Shown piece after piece: positions 49,446 to 58,426 of a stretch of 64,000 nucleotides of DNA (position 1 is its first letter; each line of letters opens with the position of its first letter). The DNA comes from Candidatus Kapaibacterium sp. (GTDB taxonomy: Bacteria; Bacteroidota; Ignavibacteria; Kapaibacteriales; UBA2268). Both the position numbers and the translations under genes were made by a program. The DNA is taken from positions 1,536,001-1,600,000 of the forward strand of contig OY762428.1 in the NCBI GenBank assembly GCA_963665665.1, read 5' to 3'. Below the pieces are notes generated by a model. It did not search any database. It had not been told where the DNA came from and was given only the letters and a program-made list of their open reading frames with translations.

Positions 49446-49689
49446 TCAGTAAATTATAAAATTAAGAATATCTAATCAAAATACTCTGCCAATTTAACAA
49501 CATAGGTGCTGATATTTTTCTTAAGGCTGAAATTCCATGAGTGATAAGAAATAAAATTGAACAAGCAAACTAACTATCTGAAATTGGAATAAACCCCGAT
49601 ATAGCTTAATGCAACATCAATATCCATAGTTGTTCAGGGATTCATAATCCTGATTGATATTAATTATGAATCAAACAGCTAATACTTCA

Positions 49690-51090
49690 TTATTTCATTT
49701 TTTTATGATAAAATATCATACTTAATGCTGATATCGATCCGATAATAAAAAATGGGCCCCAAACTATCCAGGGAGAGTATTGATCCCATAGAAGCACTGT
49801 GGCATCAGAAGCACTGAGGCCGGTTTTTTGTAAAAGAATTGAAAATGAATTTTCCGGCTCAATATTATTTAAACTAAAATTCTCTTTCAGATACCGTAAT
49901 GCCAGATAGGATTTTTCTGCCCAATTTTTGTACAACCACCCCCCAAGAAGAGCGCCACCACCAAGCCCCAGGGCCCAGGAAAAATTGAGGAAACTCATAT
50001 ATTGGGCTTTCTGTCCAGCTGGTGCAAAGCTTCCGATATATTCATTAAACTTCGGGTTAGTTATCATTTCTCCCAAAGTATATATTAAAACCCCGCCCGC
50101 AGCGAGAAAACCGGACATTCCCAAGCCGCAAAGCATCAGGCCGGCAGAAGAAATACTAATGCCAAGAAACAGTGCTATCGTATTTGGTATCTTCGAAAAC
50201 AGGCGTGAAACCAAAACCACGGCCAGAATAATAAATCCCGTACTCAAATTGTAATACCATTCATAAGCAAGCATCAATCCCCGATTTGTTTCCATAAGCA
50301 TAAAATCCGGCAAACCAAGGGCAACTGCCATATTAGCGCTGTCTGTCCAGTCGATAATAAAATTTGGCAAAGTTTCATAAAATTGCATATACGTAAGTGT
50401 GAAACCAGACATAATAATAATAAATATGAAAAGCCTCGGCTTAAAAAAATTCCTTGTTGTTGCTTTTAACATCTGAAAATTGCCAGATAGTTTGCCATGA
50501 AGAACAGGAAAATCCTTATAACAAAAGAGAAAAATATAATTTAAAATAAAAATCGCAGCCGAACCAAAAAATACAAATTTCCAGTGAAATCCTTTTAGGA
50601 AAATTGTAATTGGCGGAGCAAGAAATACTGCGCAATTTATAAGCATAGCGTGAATACTCCAGCCAATAGAAGCATTAGCATCGTTCAGTGAATTTGCGAT
50701 AGAACCCTGAATAGCAGGCTTAAAAATTCCGTTTCCAAAACCGAGGACTAAGGCTCCGGCAAGAAATGGCCAGAACTGTGTTTGTGTTCCAAGCAGGATA
50801 TAGCCCGAAATAATTATCAGGAAAGAGATGGCCATTACTTTCTTGTGGCCGTATCTGTCTGCAAATGCACCTGTAAAAACGGGCGTAATATTCTGCATTA
50901 TAGCCCACCAGAAAAAAATGATCCCCTTGGTTGTTTGCTCCCACTGCAATCCACCGGGATTATCTTTCTGTGCTATGTAAACCGGCAACTGAAGCAAGGC
51001 TATCCAAAAAGCCATTCTTTCAGCCATTTGAATAAGATTCAAAATCCAGAAAACTCCGGGCAACGCTCTTATAGATTTCACAATCTGCAT
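49690..51090 (-). CDS. MFS transporter (POT/PTR-like)
   Basis: ERMAFW, G.FADRYG, GNG.FKP, GEM...PK. Confidence 0.85.
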   Translation of the reverse strand: MQIVKSIRALPGVFWILNLIQMAERMAFWIALLQLPVYIAQKDNPGGLQWEQTTKGIIFFWWAIMQNITPVFTGAFADRYGHKKVMAISFLIIISGYILLGTQTQFWPFLAGALVLGFGNGIFKPAIQGSIANSLNDANASIGWSIHAMLINCAVFLAPPITIFLKGFHWKFVFFGSAAIFILNYIFLFCYKDFPVLHGKLSGNFQMLKATTRNFFKPRLFIFIIIMSGFTLTYMQFYETLPNFIIDWTDSANMAVALGLPDFMLMETNRGLMLAYEWYYNLSTGFIILAVVLVSRLFSKIPNTIALFLGISISSAGLMLCGLGMSGFLAAGGVLIYTLGEMITNPKFNEYIGSFAPAGQKAQYMSFLNFSWALGLGGGALLGGWLYKNWAEKSYLALRYLKENFSLNNIEPENSFSILLQKTGLSASDATVLLWDQYSPWIVWGPFFIIGSISALSMIFYHKKMK

Positions 51091-51093
51091 TAA

Positions 51094-51975
51094 TCAATAA
51101 CCCTGAAGTTCTAATGGCCTTAAAACGCTGATTCCTGTATTCGTTTTAACAGATTTTAAATATTCTTCCACAGCCCTGTCAAGAACAACTTTTTTCTTTG
51201 CCGAAGAAGCATGAAAAAATCTTGCTGTATCGCCAATTTTATTTATCAGGCCCGTATGGGAATAATCAAGGCCCTTTTTTGATGTTGTAATCGCAATAAT
51301 ATCACCGGTTCGAATTTTTCCGGACACCGACCCGACAGAATCAAGCGGTATAAAATAAATTTTTTCTTTATTAATTAACGACTCGAAACCGGCAATTTTA
51401 TCCACCATTTCCGGATTATCTTTCAAAGCAGGATAATACTGAGGATGTTCGGACATAAAATCAACATGCTGCCCCAGCAATTTACCACCTAAATCTTTCG
51501 ATATATTTTCAACCACCAGCTTGTTTTGATTATCAATTATCCAATCGGATGTATAATGAAGGCGTGAAGAATAATCTGTAAGAATACCTCCTCGGTATCT
51601 TATAAAAGTTAACTCGTCGGTAAGATCAGAAAATAATTTCTTTCCTTTTTTGATAACTCTTGCAATAGCAAGTGAACTTTCGTAAAAAGTAACACAATCC
51701 AACCCCTCGAAATTGATCCTGCACATTTCGGGGTTTCCTTCAAGAGTGCCGCCAATATACGGTATGCCCATGAACTGATCTGCAATTTGTACTATCAAAT
51801 CTCCAATAGGCAGTAAATTCCAGTTATCCCTTTCAGCTTTTTTAATTATTTGCTCAAATTTCTTTTCCGTGTAGCCTTTTTCATCATTAACCGGAGCAGG
51901 TACAACAGCATTAAGCCTTAGGGCAGAAAGAAAAACACCGGCAGCGGATAGTTTAATAAAATTTCTTCTATTCAT
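51094..51975 (-). CDS. DUF1460 / N-acetylmuramoyl-L-alanine amidase-like protein with Tat signal
   Basis: MNRRNFIK; G.PY..GTLE, LDCVT, IRYR.G, SRLHY..DW, H.G, HASS. Confidence 0.87.
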   Translation of the reverse strand: MNRRNFIKLSAAGVFLSALRLNAVVPAPVNDEKGYTEKKFEQIIKKAERDNWNLLPIGDLIVQIADQFMGIPYIGGTLEGNPEMCRINFEGLDCVTFYESSLAIARVIKKGKKLFSDLTDELTFIRYRGGILTDYSSRLHYTSDWIIDNQNKLVVENISKDLGGKLLGQHVDFMSEHPQYYPALKDNPEMVDKIAGFESLINKEKIYFIPLDSVGSVSGKIRTGDIIAITTSKKGLDYSHTGLINKIGDTARFFHASSAKKKVVLDRAVEEYLKSVKTNTGISVLRPLELQGY

Positions 51976-52513
51976 TGTTTTTGTCCTTAATTTTTCCTGC
52001 AAAGCTAATTACACCGGCTATCGGCAATGAAAGTATATATGGCAGTAAACTAATTTTACTATTTCCTGACCTTTTTTCTTCAACTGTATTGGAACACAGG
52101 TTCCCGAAAATTACACTTTTAATTGATATTTCAATTGACTTTAAGGCATTCTCGCCATAAAACTCCAAAGCTGTATTTCTTGCTTTTCTGCTTACCTTCC
52201 CATTTTGTTCGGCCCAGTGCTGAGCATAAAGAACAGCCGGAAGCTCGTTTTGGCTTAGTTGGCCGTAATCACCATTAAGCAGCAAATTTATTTCATTTTC
52301 ATTCAATCCTGATTCAAGAGCTGTTCTTGAATGCAGGTAGGAACAATTGCTGCAATCGTTTACCCTGCTAACACTCAATGAAATAATTTCAGACAGCCTT
52401 GGAGAGATACTATTCTTGTTGAAAAATAAATTCCACAGCTGCCCTGACAGCATTTGCCATAACAATGAGGCCCAATGGCCCACTGCTTGAAAATATCTGC
52501 TTTCATTATTCAA
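51968..52513 (-). CDS. Carboxymuconolactone decarboxylase/AhpD family protein
   Basis: E.I.L.VS.VN.C..CSY.H...AL..G, YAQHWAE; start uncertain (TTG). Confidence 0.75.
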   Translation of the reverse strand: MNNESRYFQAVGHWASLLWQMLSGQLWNLFFNKNSISPRLSEIISLSVSRVNDCSNCSYLHSRTALESGLNENEINLLLNGDYGQLSQNELPAVLYAQHWAEQNGKVSRKARNTALEFYGENALKSIEISIKSVIFGNLCSNTVEEKRSGNSKISLLPYILSLPIAGVISFAGKIKDKNNE

Positions 52514-53228
52514 TTACTGTCCCCAGAATATCTTTAACAAGTTCAGGTAGTATCGTAGCCGGAAAATTAATCTGTATATCATTTTCGTTATCAGCAATGG
52601 TAATGATTTTCTGTCCTGCTTCACCCTTGGAAGAACTGACACATACAACATCACTAATTATTTCAATACTGACATTGTCAATCGGGTTTTCATACGAACT
52701 AACGAAATCCCCGCTTTCAATAACTTCAAAAATATCCGGCCCGGGAAGCCCTTCGTAATTGGAATCAGCAGGCAGGCCCGGTTGGTCGGCCACACTGCTT
52801 GCCAGAAAATCACATCTTTCGTTTTCTTTGTGCCCGGCATGGCCTTTCACCCAAACGAATTTAACATCATGGATTTTCAATAATTCTGATATTTCATACC
52901 AAATATCTACGTTTAACACTTCATTACCATCAGACTTCTTCCAGTTTTTTCTTATCCATGAGTTCAGCCAGCGCTTGTTAATCGAATCAGTCAGTAACCT
53001 GGAGTCACTATATAAAATTGCAGATTTCGGCTCTGTCCCTAATTCTTTCAGCCCAACCCATGCAGCTATCATCTCCATTCGATTATTGGTTGTTTTTCTG
53101 AATCCCCCGTAAAATTCTCTTTCTGAATTTCCATCCCTGATAATTGTTGCCCATCCACCGGGACCCGGATTTCCCCTTGCAGCACCATCCGTAAATATTT
53201 CAATTAAATTTTTTTCTGCTGTTTTCAT
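52506..53228 (-). CDS. rnhA: Ribonuclease HI with C-terminal extension
   Basis: FTDGA.RGNPGPGG, TTNNRME, SDS, N.D.W, WVKGHAGH.ENERCD.LA. Confidence 0.95.
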   Translation of the reverse strand: MKTAEKNLIEIFTDGAARGNPGPGGWATIIRDGNSEREFYGGFRKTTNNRMEMIAAWVGLKELGTEPKSAILYSDSRLLTDSINKRWLNSWIRKNWKKSDGNEVLNVDIWYEISELLKIHDVKFVWVKGHAGHKENERCDFLASSVADQPGLPADSNYEGLPGPDIFEVIESGDFVSSYENPIDNVSIEIISDVVCVSSSKGEAGQKIITIADNENDIQINFPATILPELVKDILGTVIE

Positions 53229-53413
53229 AATTTTTATTATTTATTTTATAGTAATGTTTTAATAAGAATACCATTATTTAGAAAAAAGTTCAATATTAAA
53301 ACTGTAATTTGTATTTTTTTTCTTATATTCACAAAAAAGAATGTTATTTTCAACCTGATTTTGAAAATTAAGCATATAGAATATTAAATAGTTGCAGCAG
53401 GTCAAACAAAAAT

Positions 53414-55333
53414 ATGAGCGGAATTAAGTACAAACTTTTATTCAAGAACCGTTATGTAAAAATTATTTTACCAATAATTTTTACCGTGGTACTGTTTGTT
53501 TTATCAATGATAATTTTCGTTCTGCCCATCGTTGAAAACAGCCTGATGAATGAAAAAAGAGAAATGATCAAAAAGCTTACTGAATCAGCAATATCAGTAA
53601 TTGATCATTACAAGAAAATGGCTGACAATGGAAAACTGACCCCGGAAGAAGCAAAAGAATTAGCAAAAGAACATATCAGGAATACCCGTTACGGCGAGGA
53701 CATGAAAGATTATTTCTGGATAAATGATTTCCACCCTGTTATGATTATGCATCCATATCTGCCTTACCTTGAAGGTGAAGACATTTCTACCTGGGAGGAC
53801 CCAAACGGAAATCATTTATTTCTAAAAATGGTTCAAATCTGTAACAACAACGGATCCGGTTATGTGGAGTATGAATGGCAAAAATTAGATTCAGTTAACA
53901 AACTTGAACCGAAATTATCCTTTGTTCTTTCTTATAAGCCCTGGGACTGGATTGTAGGTACGGGGGTTTACTATGATGATGTTAATATGGAATTGCAAAA
54001 ATTACGAAAAGCCTTATTTTCAGTCAGCTCGATAGTACTGACAATAATGATCGTTCTGCTATTTATTGTTGCCTATCAAAATAAATATCTTGAAAAAGAA
54101 AGAAATACCGCTGTTGAGGAATCCAGGATAACCGAAAAACGTTTCCAGGATTTTACTTCCCGGGCAAGAGACATGTTCTACCGCATGACGCTTCCTGACG
54201 GAGAGTACGAGTTTGTAACCGACGCTGTAAGAAGAATAACAGGATATACAGCCGAGGAATTTTCTAATAAAGATTTCTTTATAAAATCAATACTGCACCC
54301 TGACTGGCTGGATTTTTTTCACAAAGAGTGGGACAATCTTGAACGCGGCAATATGCCCTCGTTTTATGAATATAAAATAATCCATCGCTCAGGTGAGATA
54401 AGGTGGCTGAACCAGAGAAATACCATGGTGAAAGATGAATACGGACGTCCGGTGGCAATCGAGGGGATTGTATCCGACATTACAAGACGAAAAGTTGCCG
54501 AAGAAAAACTGGAACGTTTGAACGAAAAACTTGAGCATAAAATTGTTGAAAGAACCGCACAGCTTGAAGAAGCACTTGAAGAAATCAGGAAAGAAGTTGA
54601 AGAAAGAAAGAGAATTGAAGAATCATTGCGTGAATCGAATGCCGCAAAGGATAAATTCTTTTCAATTATTGGCCATGATCTGAAAAATCCTCTTCAGGGA
54701 TTACTCCTTTCAACCGACATGCTCCACACTGCATTCGACAGATTTGAAAAAAAGGATATAAAAAAACGTATTGGTGATATTTTTAAATCCTCTATGTTCC
54801 TTCGTGAAATGTTGGAAAACCTTCTTACCTGGGCAAGGTCTCAAACCGGTGTCATAAGTTTTTCCCCTGTAGTATTTAATTTCAGGGATACTTGTTCAAA
54901 AGCTGTTAGTCTTTCTTCGCAGTCGGCTCAGCAAAAAAATATTGTAATACACAGGCCGAATAAAAATGAAATTAATGCTTTTGCCGACCCCAACATGGTA
55001 ACTGTTATAATAAGTAATCTGTTATTCAATGCTATAAAATTTACTCCCCGCGGGGGCGAAATTTTTATGGATTGTGAAGTTTTCGAAAAGAATATGATTA
55101 TTTTTTCAATTCGTGATACTGGTATTGGCATTAGCTCCGATGACCAGGCAAAAGTATTCAGAATTGATAAAAGTTACTCAACACTTGGAACGGAAAGTGA
55201 AAAAGGTACAGGCCTGGGATTAATTATTTGCAAGGAATTCGTTGAAAAGAACAACGGACAAATTTGGGTTGAAAGCAAACCCGGCATTGGTTCCACATTT
55301 TATTTTACACTTCCATTGGCCGATGAAAATTAA
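53414..55333 (+). CDS. Cache-domain + PAS membrane sensor histidine kinase
   Basis: YFWIND......MHP Cache, PWDW..GTG.Y, PAS/PAC, HDLKNP, NAIKFT, GTGLGL, G.GSTF. Confidence 0.93.
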   Translation: MSGIKYKLLFKNRYVKIILPIIFTVVLFVLSMIIFVLPIVENSLMNEKREMIKKLTESAISVIDHYKKMADNGKLTPEEAKELAKEHIRNTRYGEDMKDYFWINDFHPVMIMHPYLPYLEGEDISTWEDPNGNHLFLKMVQICNNNGSGYVEYEWQKLDSVNKLEPKLSFVLSYKPWDWIVGTGVYYDDVNMELQKLRKALFSVSSIVLTIMIVLLFIVAYQNKYLEKERNTAVEESRITEKRFQDFTSRARDMFYRMTLPDGEYEFVTDAVRRITGYTAEEFSNKDFFIKSILHPDWLDFFHKEWDNLERGNMPSFYEYKIIHRSGEIRWLNQRNTMVKDEYGRPVAIEGIVSDITRRKVAEEKLERLNEKLEHKIVERTAQLEEALEEIRKEVEERKRIEESLRESNAAKDKFFSIIGHDLKNPLQGLLLSTDMLHTAFDRFEKKDIKKRIGDIFKSSMFLREMLENLLTWARSQTGVISFSPVVFNFRDTCSKAVSLSSQSAQQKNIVIHRPNKNEINAFADPNMVTVIISNLLFNAIKFTPRGGEIFMDCEVFEKNMIIFSIRDTGIGISSDDQAKVFRIDKSYSTLGTESEKGTGLGLIICKEFVEKNNGQIWVESKPGIGSTFYFTLPLADEN

Positions 55334-55560
55334 ATATTGAAGAAATTTTACCGGGAAAACATTATTTGGAAATTTTCACCTTCAATTTTCTTAAATTGCA
55401 GGTTGGCAAAATGGCAAATAATTCTTTTAATATTGCGTCAGCGATGTTAGAATTTTGACTTTAATTAACTTATTTGTCAATTTAAAATTTACTCAAACGT
55501 TTATATAATTAATCGTAAGCTATTGAAGAAAAGTTAAACAAAAATAGACAGAGTTTTTTT

Positions 55561-58101
55561 ATGGAAGGAAATTTTTCCAACAGGGTAAATGAAGTAATCA
55601 AATTGAGCAGAGAAGAAGCGCTTAGGCTGGGGCATGACTACATCGGAACGGAGCATCTCCTTCTTGGTATTATTCGCGAAGGCGAGGGTATTGCCGTAAA
55701 AGTTCTGAGAAATCTCGGAGTTGACCTTTATAAACTGAAAAAAGGCATTGAAGATACTGTCCGGGTTTCGGGTTCAACCCTTACAATAGGGAATATCCCG
55801 CTGACCAAACCGGCAGAAAAAGTACTCAAAATAACATATCTTGAAGCAAAATTATACAAATCTGATGTTATCGGAACCGAACATCTTTTGTTGTCCCTTC
55901 TCAGAGACGAGGAAAATATTTCCGCCCAGATATTGTCACAATTCAGCGTGAATTATGATTCCGTTCGCAGGGAGCTGGATAATATTATCAGCGGCAGGCC
56001 CGGGTCAGGCATTCGCCCTCCGGCGCCGGGACCAGTTACGAAACAAAAAGAAAAAGTAAAAACTCCGGTTCTTGATAACTTCGGCCGCGACCTTACTAAA
56101 CTGGCAGTTGAAAACAAACTTGATCCGGTTATCGGCAGGCATAAGGAAATTGAAAGAGTTTCCCAGGTTCTGTCCCGCAGGAAAAAGAACAATCCGGTAC
56201 TGATTGGTGAGCCGGGTGTTGGTAAAACGGCTATTGTTGAGGGCCTTGCCCTTATGATTGTTAAGAAAAAAGTTTCCAGGGCATTGTTCGACAAGCGTAT
56301 TGTTACTCTTGACCTTGCATCGCTTGTTGCCGGTACGAAATACCGCGGACAGTTTGAAGAAAGAATGAAAGCCGTACTTCAGGAACTTGAAAAAGCCCGT
56401 GACGTTATTCTTTTCATCGACGAACTTCATACTATCGTTGGCGCAGGCGGCGCTTCAGGATCGCTTGATGCCTCGAATATGTTCAAACCTGCCCTTGCCA
56501 GGGGCGACATACAGTGTATCGGCGCTACCACACTGGACGAATACAGACAGTACATCGAAAAGGACGGCGCACTGGAAAGGCGTTTCCAGAAGATACTCGT
56601 TGATCCGCCTTCGGCTGAAGAAACAATGGATATTCTCGATAAAATTAAATTCAGCTACGAGGAACATCACAATGTGGCATACTCTCCGGATGCTGTTGAT
56701 TCATGCGTCAGGCTCTCGGAAAGGTATATCAGCGACAGGAGTTTCCCCGATAAAGCAATTGATGTTATGGACGAAGCCGGGGCTCGTGTCCACCTTGCAA
56801 ATATTTCAGTTCCGAAAGAAGTTCTTGAACTGGAAAAAGAAATTGAAACAACAAAAGTACAGAAGAATAAAGTTGTTAAGCAGCAGAACTTCGAGGAAGC
56901 TGCGAAACTAAGAGACCTTGAGAAGAAACTTCAGGCTGAACTCGAACGTGAAAAACTGGATTGGGAAACTAAATCCGGCGAAAGGATTTATCCGGTAACC
57001 GACGAGGATATTGCCGACGTAGTGGCAATGATGACAGGTATCCCGGTTAATAAAATTGCCGAGAGCGAGCAGAACAAACTGCTTCAGCTTCCGGAAGAAT
57101 TGCAGAAAATCGTTGTTGGCCAGAATGATGCTATCGGATATCTCGCAAGAGCTATCAGGCGTGCACGTGCCGGACTGAAAGATCCTAACAGGCCGATTGG
57201 CTCGTTTATGTTTCTTGGCCCGACAGGCGTTGGTAAAACCGAACTGGCAAAAGCTCTGGCAAGGGTAATGTTCGATTCTGAAGATGCCCTTATTAGAATT
57301 GATATGAGCGAATACATGGAGAAATTCTCCGTATCCCGTTTTGTTGGAGCGCCTCCCGGCTACGTGGGTTATGAAGAGGGCGGCCAGCTTACTGAAAAAG
57401 TAAGAAGGAAACCTTATTCTATAGTACTCCTTGATGAGATTGAAAAAGCTCATCCTGATGTATTCAACGTACTCCTTCAGGTATTCGATGACGGTATCCT
57501 GACCGATGGCCTTGGCAGGAAGATAGACTTTAAAAATACAATTATTATCATGACATCCAATGTTGGTACCAGAGATGTTAAAGCAGGCGGTAGTATCGGT
57601 TTCTCGGTTGATAAAGAAAAGAGCAACTACGACGCGCTGAAAAACACGATAGAAGACTCTGTCAGGAGGCTCTTCAATCCCGAGTTCATTAACAGGATTG
57701 ATGATTTCATCATCTTCAGAAGCCTGATGCGTGAAGATATATACGGAATCATTGATATTCAGCTATCATATCTGACTGACAGGATGAAAATTAATGATAT
57801 GTCTCTTGAACTCAACAAAGAAGCAAAAGATTTCCTCGTTGAAAAAGGTTATGACGAAAAATACGGCGCAAGGCCTCTTCGCAGGGCATTGCAGAAATAC
57901 GTGGAAGATGAGCTGGCAGAGCAGATACTTAAAGGCAACCTGTCGGTAGGGTCGATCGTTAAAGGTGAGTTCAACAAAGACAAACAGATTATTGACTATA
58001 CATTCACTGCTAAACCCAAAAAAGCAGAGGATGAAAAAACAAAAGAATCTGAGAACGATGAAGTCGGGGAAGAGATCAGCGAAGACTCAGCCTCGGCATA
58101 G
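55561..58101 (+). CDS. clpC: ATP-dependent Clp protease ATP-binding subunit ClpC
   Basis: Clp-N repeats, [11 protein letters not shown]-type M domain (FEEAAKLRD), [11 protein letters not shown] ClpP-binding loop, GARPLRR. Confidence 0.96.
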   Translation: MEGNFSNRVNEVIKLSREEALRLGHDYIGTEHLLLGIIREGEGIAVKVLRNLGVDLYKLKKGIEDTVRVSGSTLTIGNIPLTKPAEKVLKITYLEAKLYKSDVIGTEHLLLSLLRDEENISAQILSQFSVNYDSVRRELDNIISGRPGSGIRPPAPGPVTKQKEKVKTPVLDNFGRDLTKLAVENKLDPVIGRHKEIERVSQVLSRRKKNNPVLIGEPGVGKTAIVEGLALMIVKKKVSRALFDKRIVTLDLASLVAGTKYRGQFEERMKAVLQELEKARDVILFIDELHTIVGAGGASGSLDASNMFKPALARGDIQCIGATTLDEYRQYIEKDGALERRFQKILVDPPSAEETMDILDKIKFSYEEHHNVAYSPDAVDSCVRLSERYISDRSFPDKAIDVMDEAGARVHLANISVPKEVLELEKEIETTKVQKNKVVKQQNFEEAAKLRDLEKKLQAELEREKLDWETKSGERIYPVTDEDIADVVAMMTGIPVNKIAESEQNKLLQLPEELQKIVVGQNDAIGYLARAIRRARAGLKDPNRPIGSFMFLGPTGVGKTELAKALARVMFDSEDALIRIDMSEYMEKFSVSRFVGAPPGYVGYEEGGQLTEKVRRKPYSIVLLDEIEKAHPDVFNVLLQVFDDGILTDGLGRKIDFKNTIIIMTSNVGTRDVKAGGSIGFSVDKEKSNYDALKNTIEDSVRRLFNPEFINRIDDFIIFRSLMREDIYGIIDIQLSYLTDRMKINDMSLELNKEAKDFLVEKGYDEKYGARPLRRALQKYVEDELAEQILKGNLSVGSIVKGEFNKDKQIIDYTFTAKPKKAEDEKTKESENDEVGEEISEDSASA

Positions 58102-58127
58102 ATGCCAATACTCCTGATTAAATAAAT

Positions 58128-58157
58128 GCCGCTCCACTACGGGGCGGCTTTTTTTTA
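58128..58157 (+). terminator. Intrinsic terminator after clpC
   Basis: GCCGCTCC-ACTAC-GGGGCGGC followed by T9. Confidence 0.85.
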
Positions 58158-58241
58158 TATTATAAAAAATAAAGTGTTACTAATATAAAGGATAAGAAAG
58201 CAACAATTTGTTTCCTCATTTCAAAAAAATTTAAAATTTCC

Positions 58242-58268
58242 TGTAACTAAATTCAAAATCGCTGTGTC
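58242..58268 (+). promoter_or_regulatory. Putative ECF-sigma promoter
   Basis: TGTAAC-N17-TGTC preceded by A-tracts, resembling 42799-42824. Confidence 0.45.
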
Positions 58269-58426
58269 GATAAGTTAAGAACATGATGGGAATTGGAATT
58301 ATCCCAAAAGTAATTGAAGAAGAGAATGTCAGCCGCTGATTAGAAAACTAAGCTCCATTTTTATTGATAGAAAACCTTGTGCAATAACTACGCCCGGGCC
58401 ATCCCGGAGTGAAAGGAGTATATATT

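Noticed and set aside
49446-49689. Cobalamin riboswitch upstream of the BtuB-like receptor
   Set aside because: No GGGAA/GCCACTG B12-box elements seen; only an AT-rich hairpin near 49640-49673
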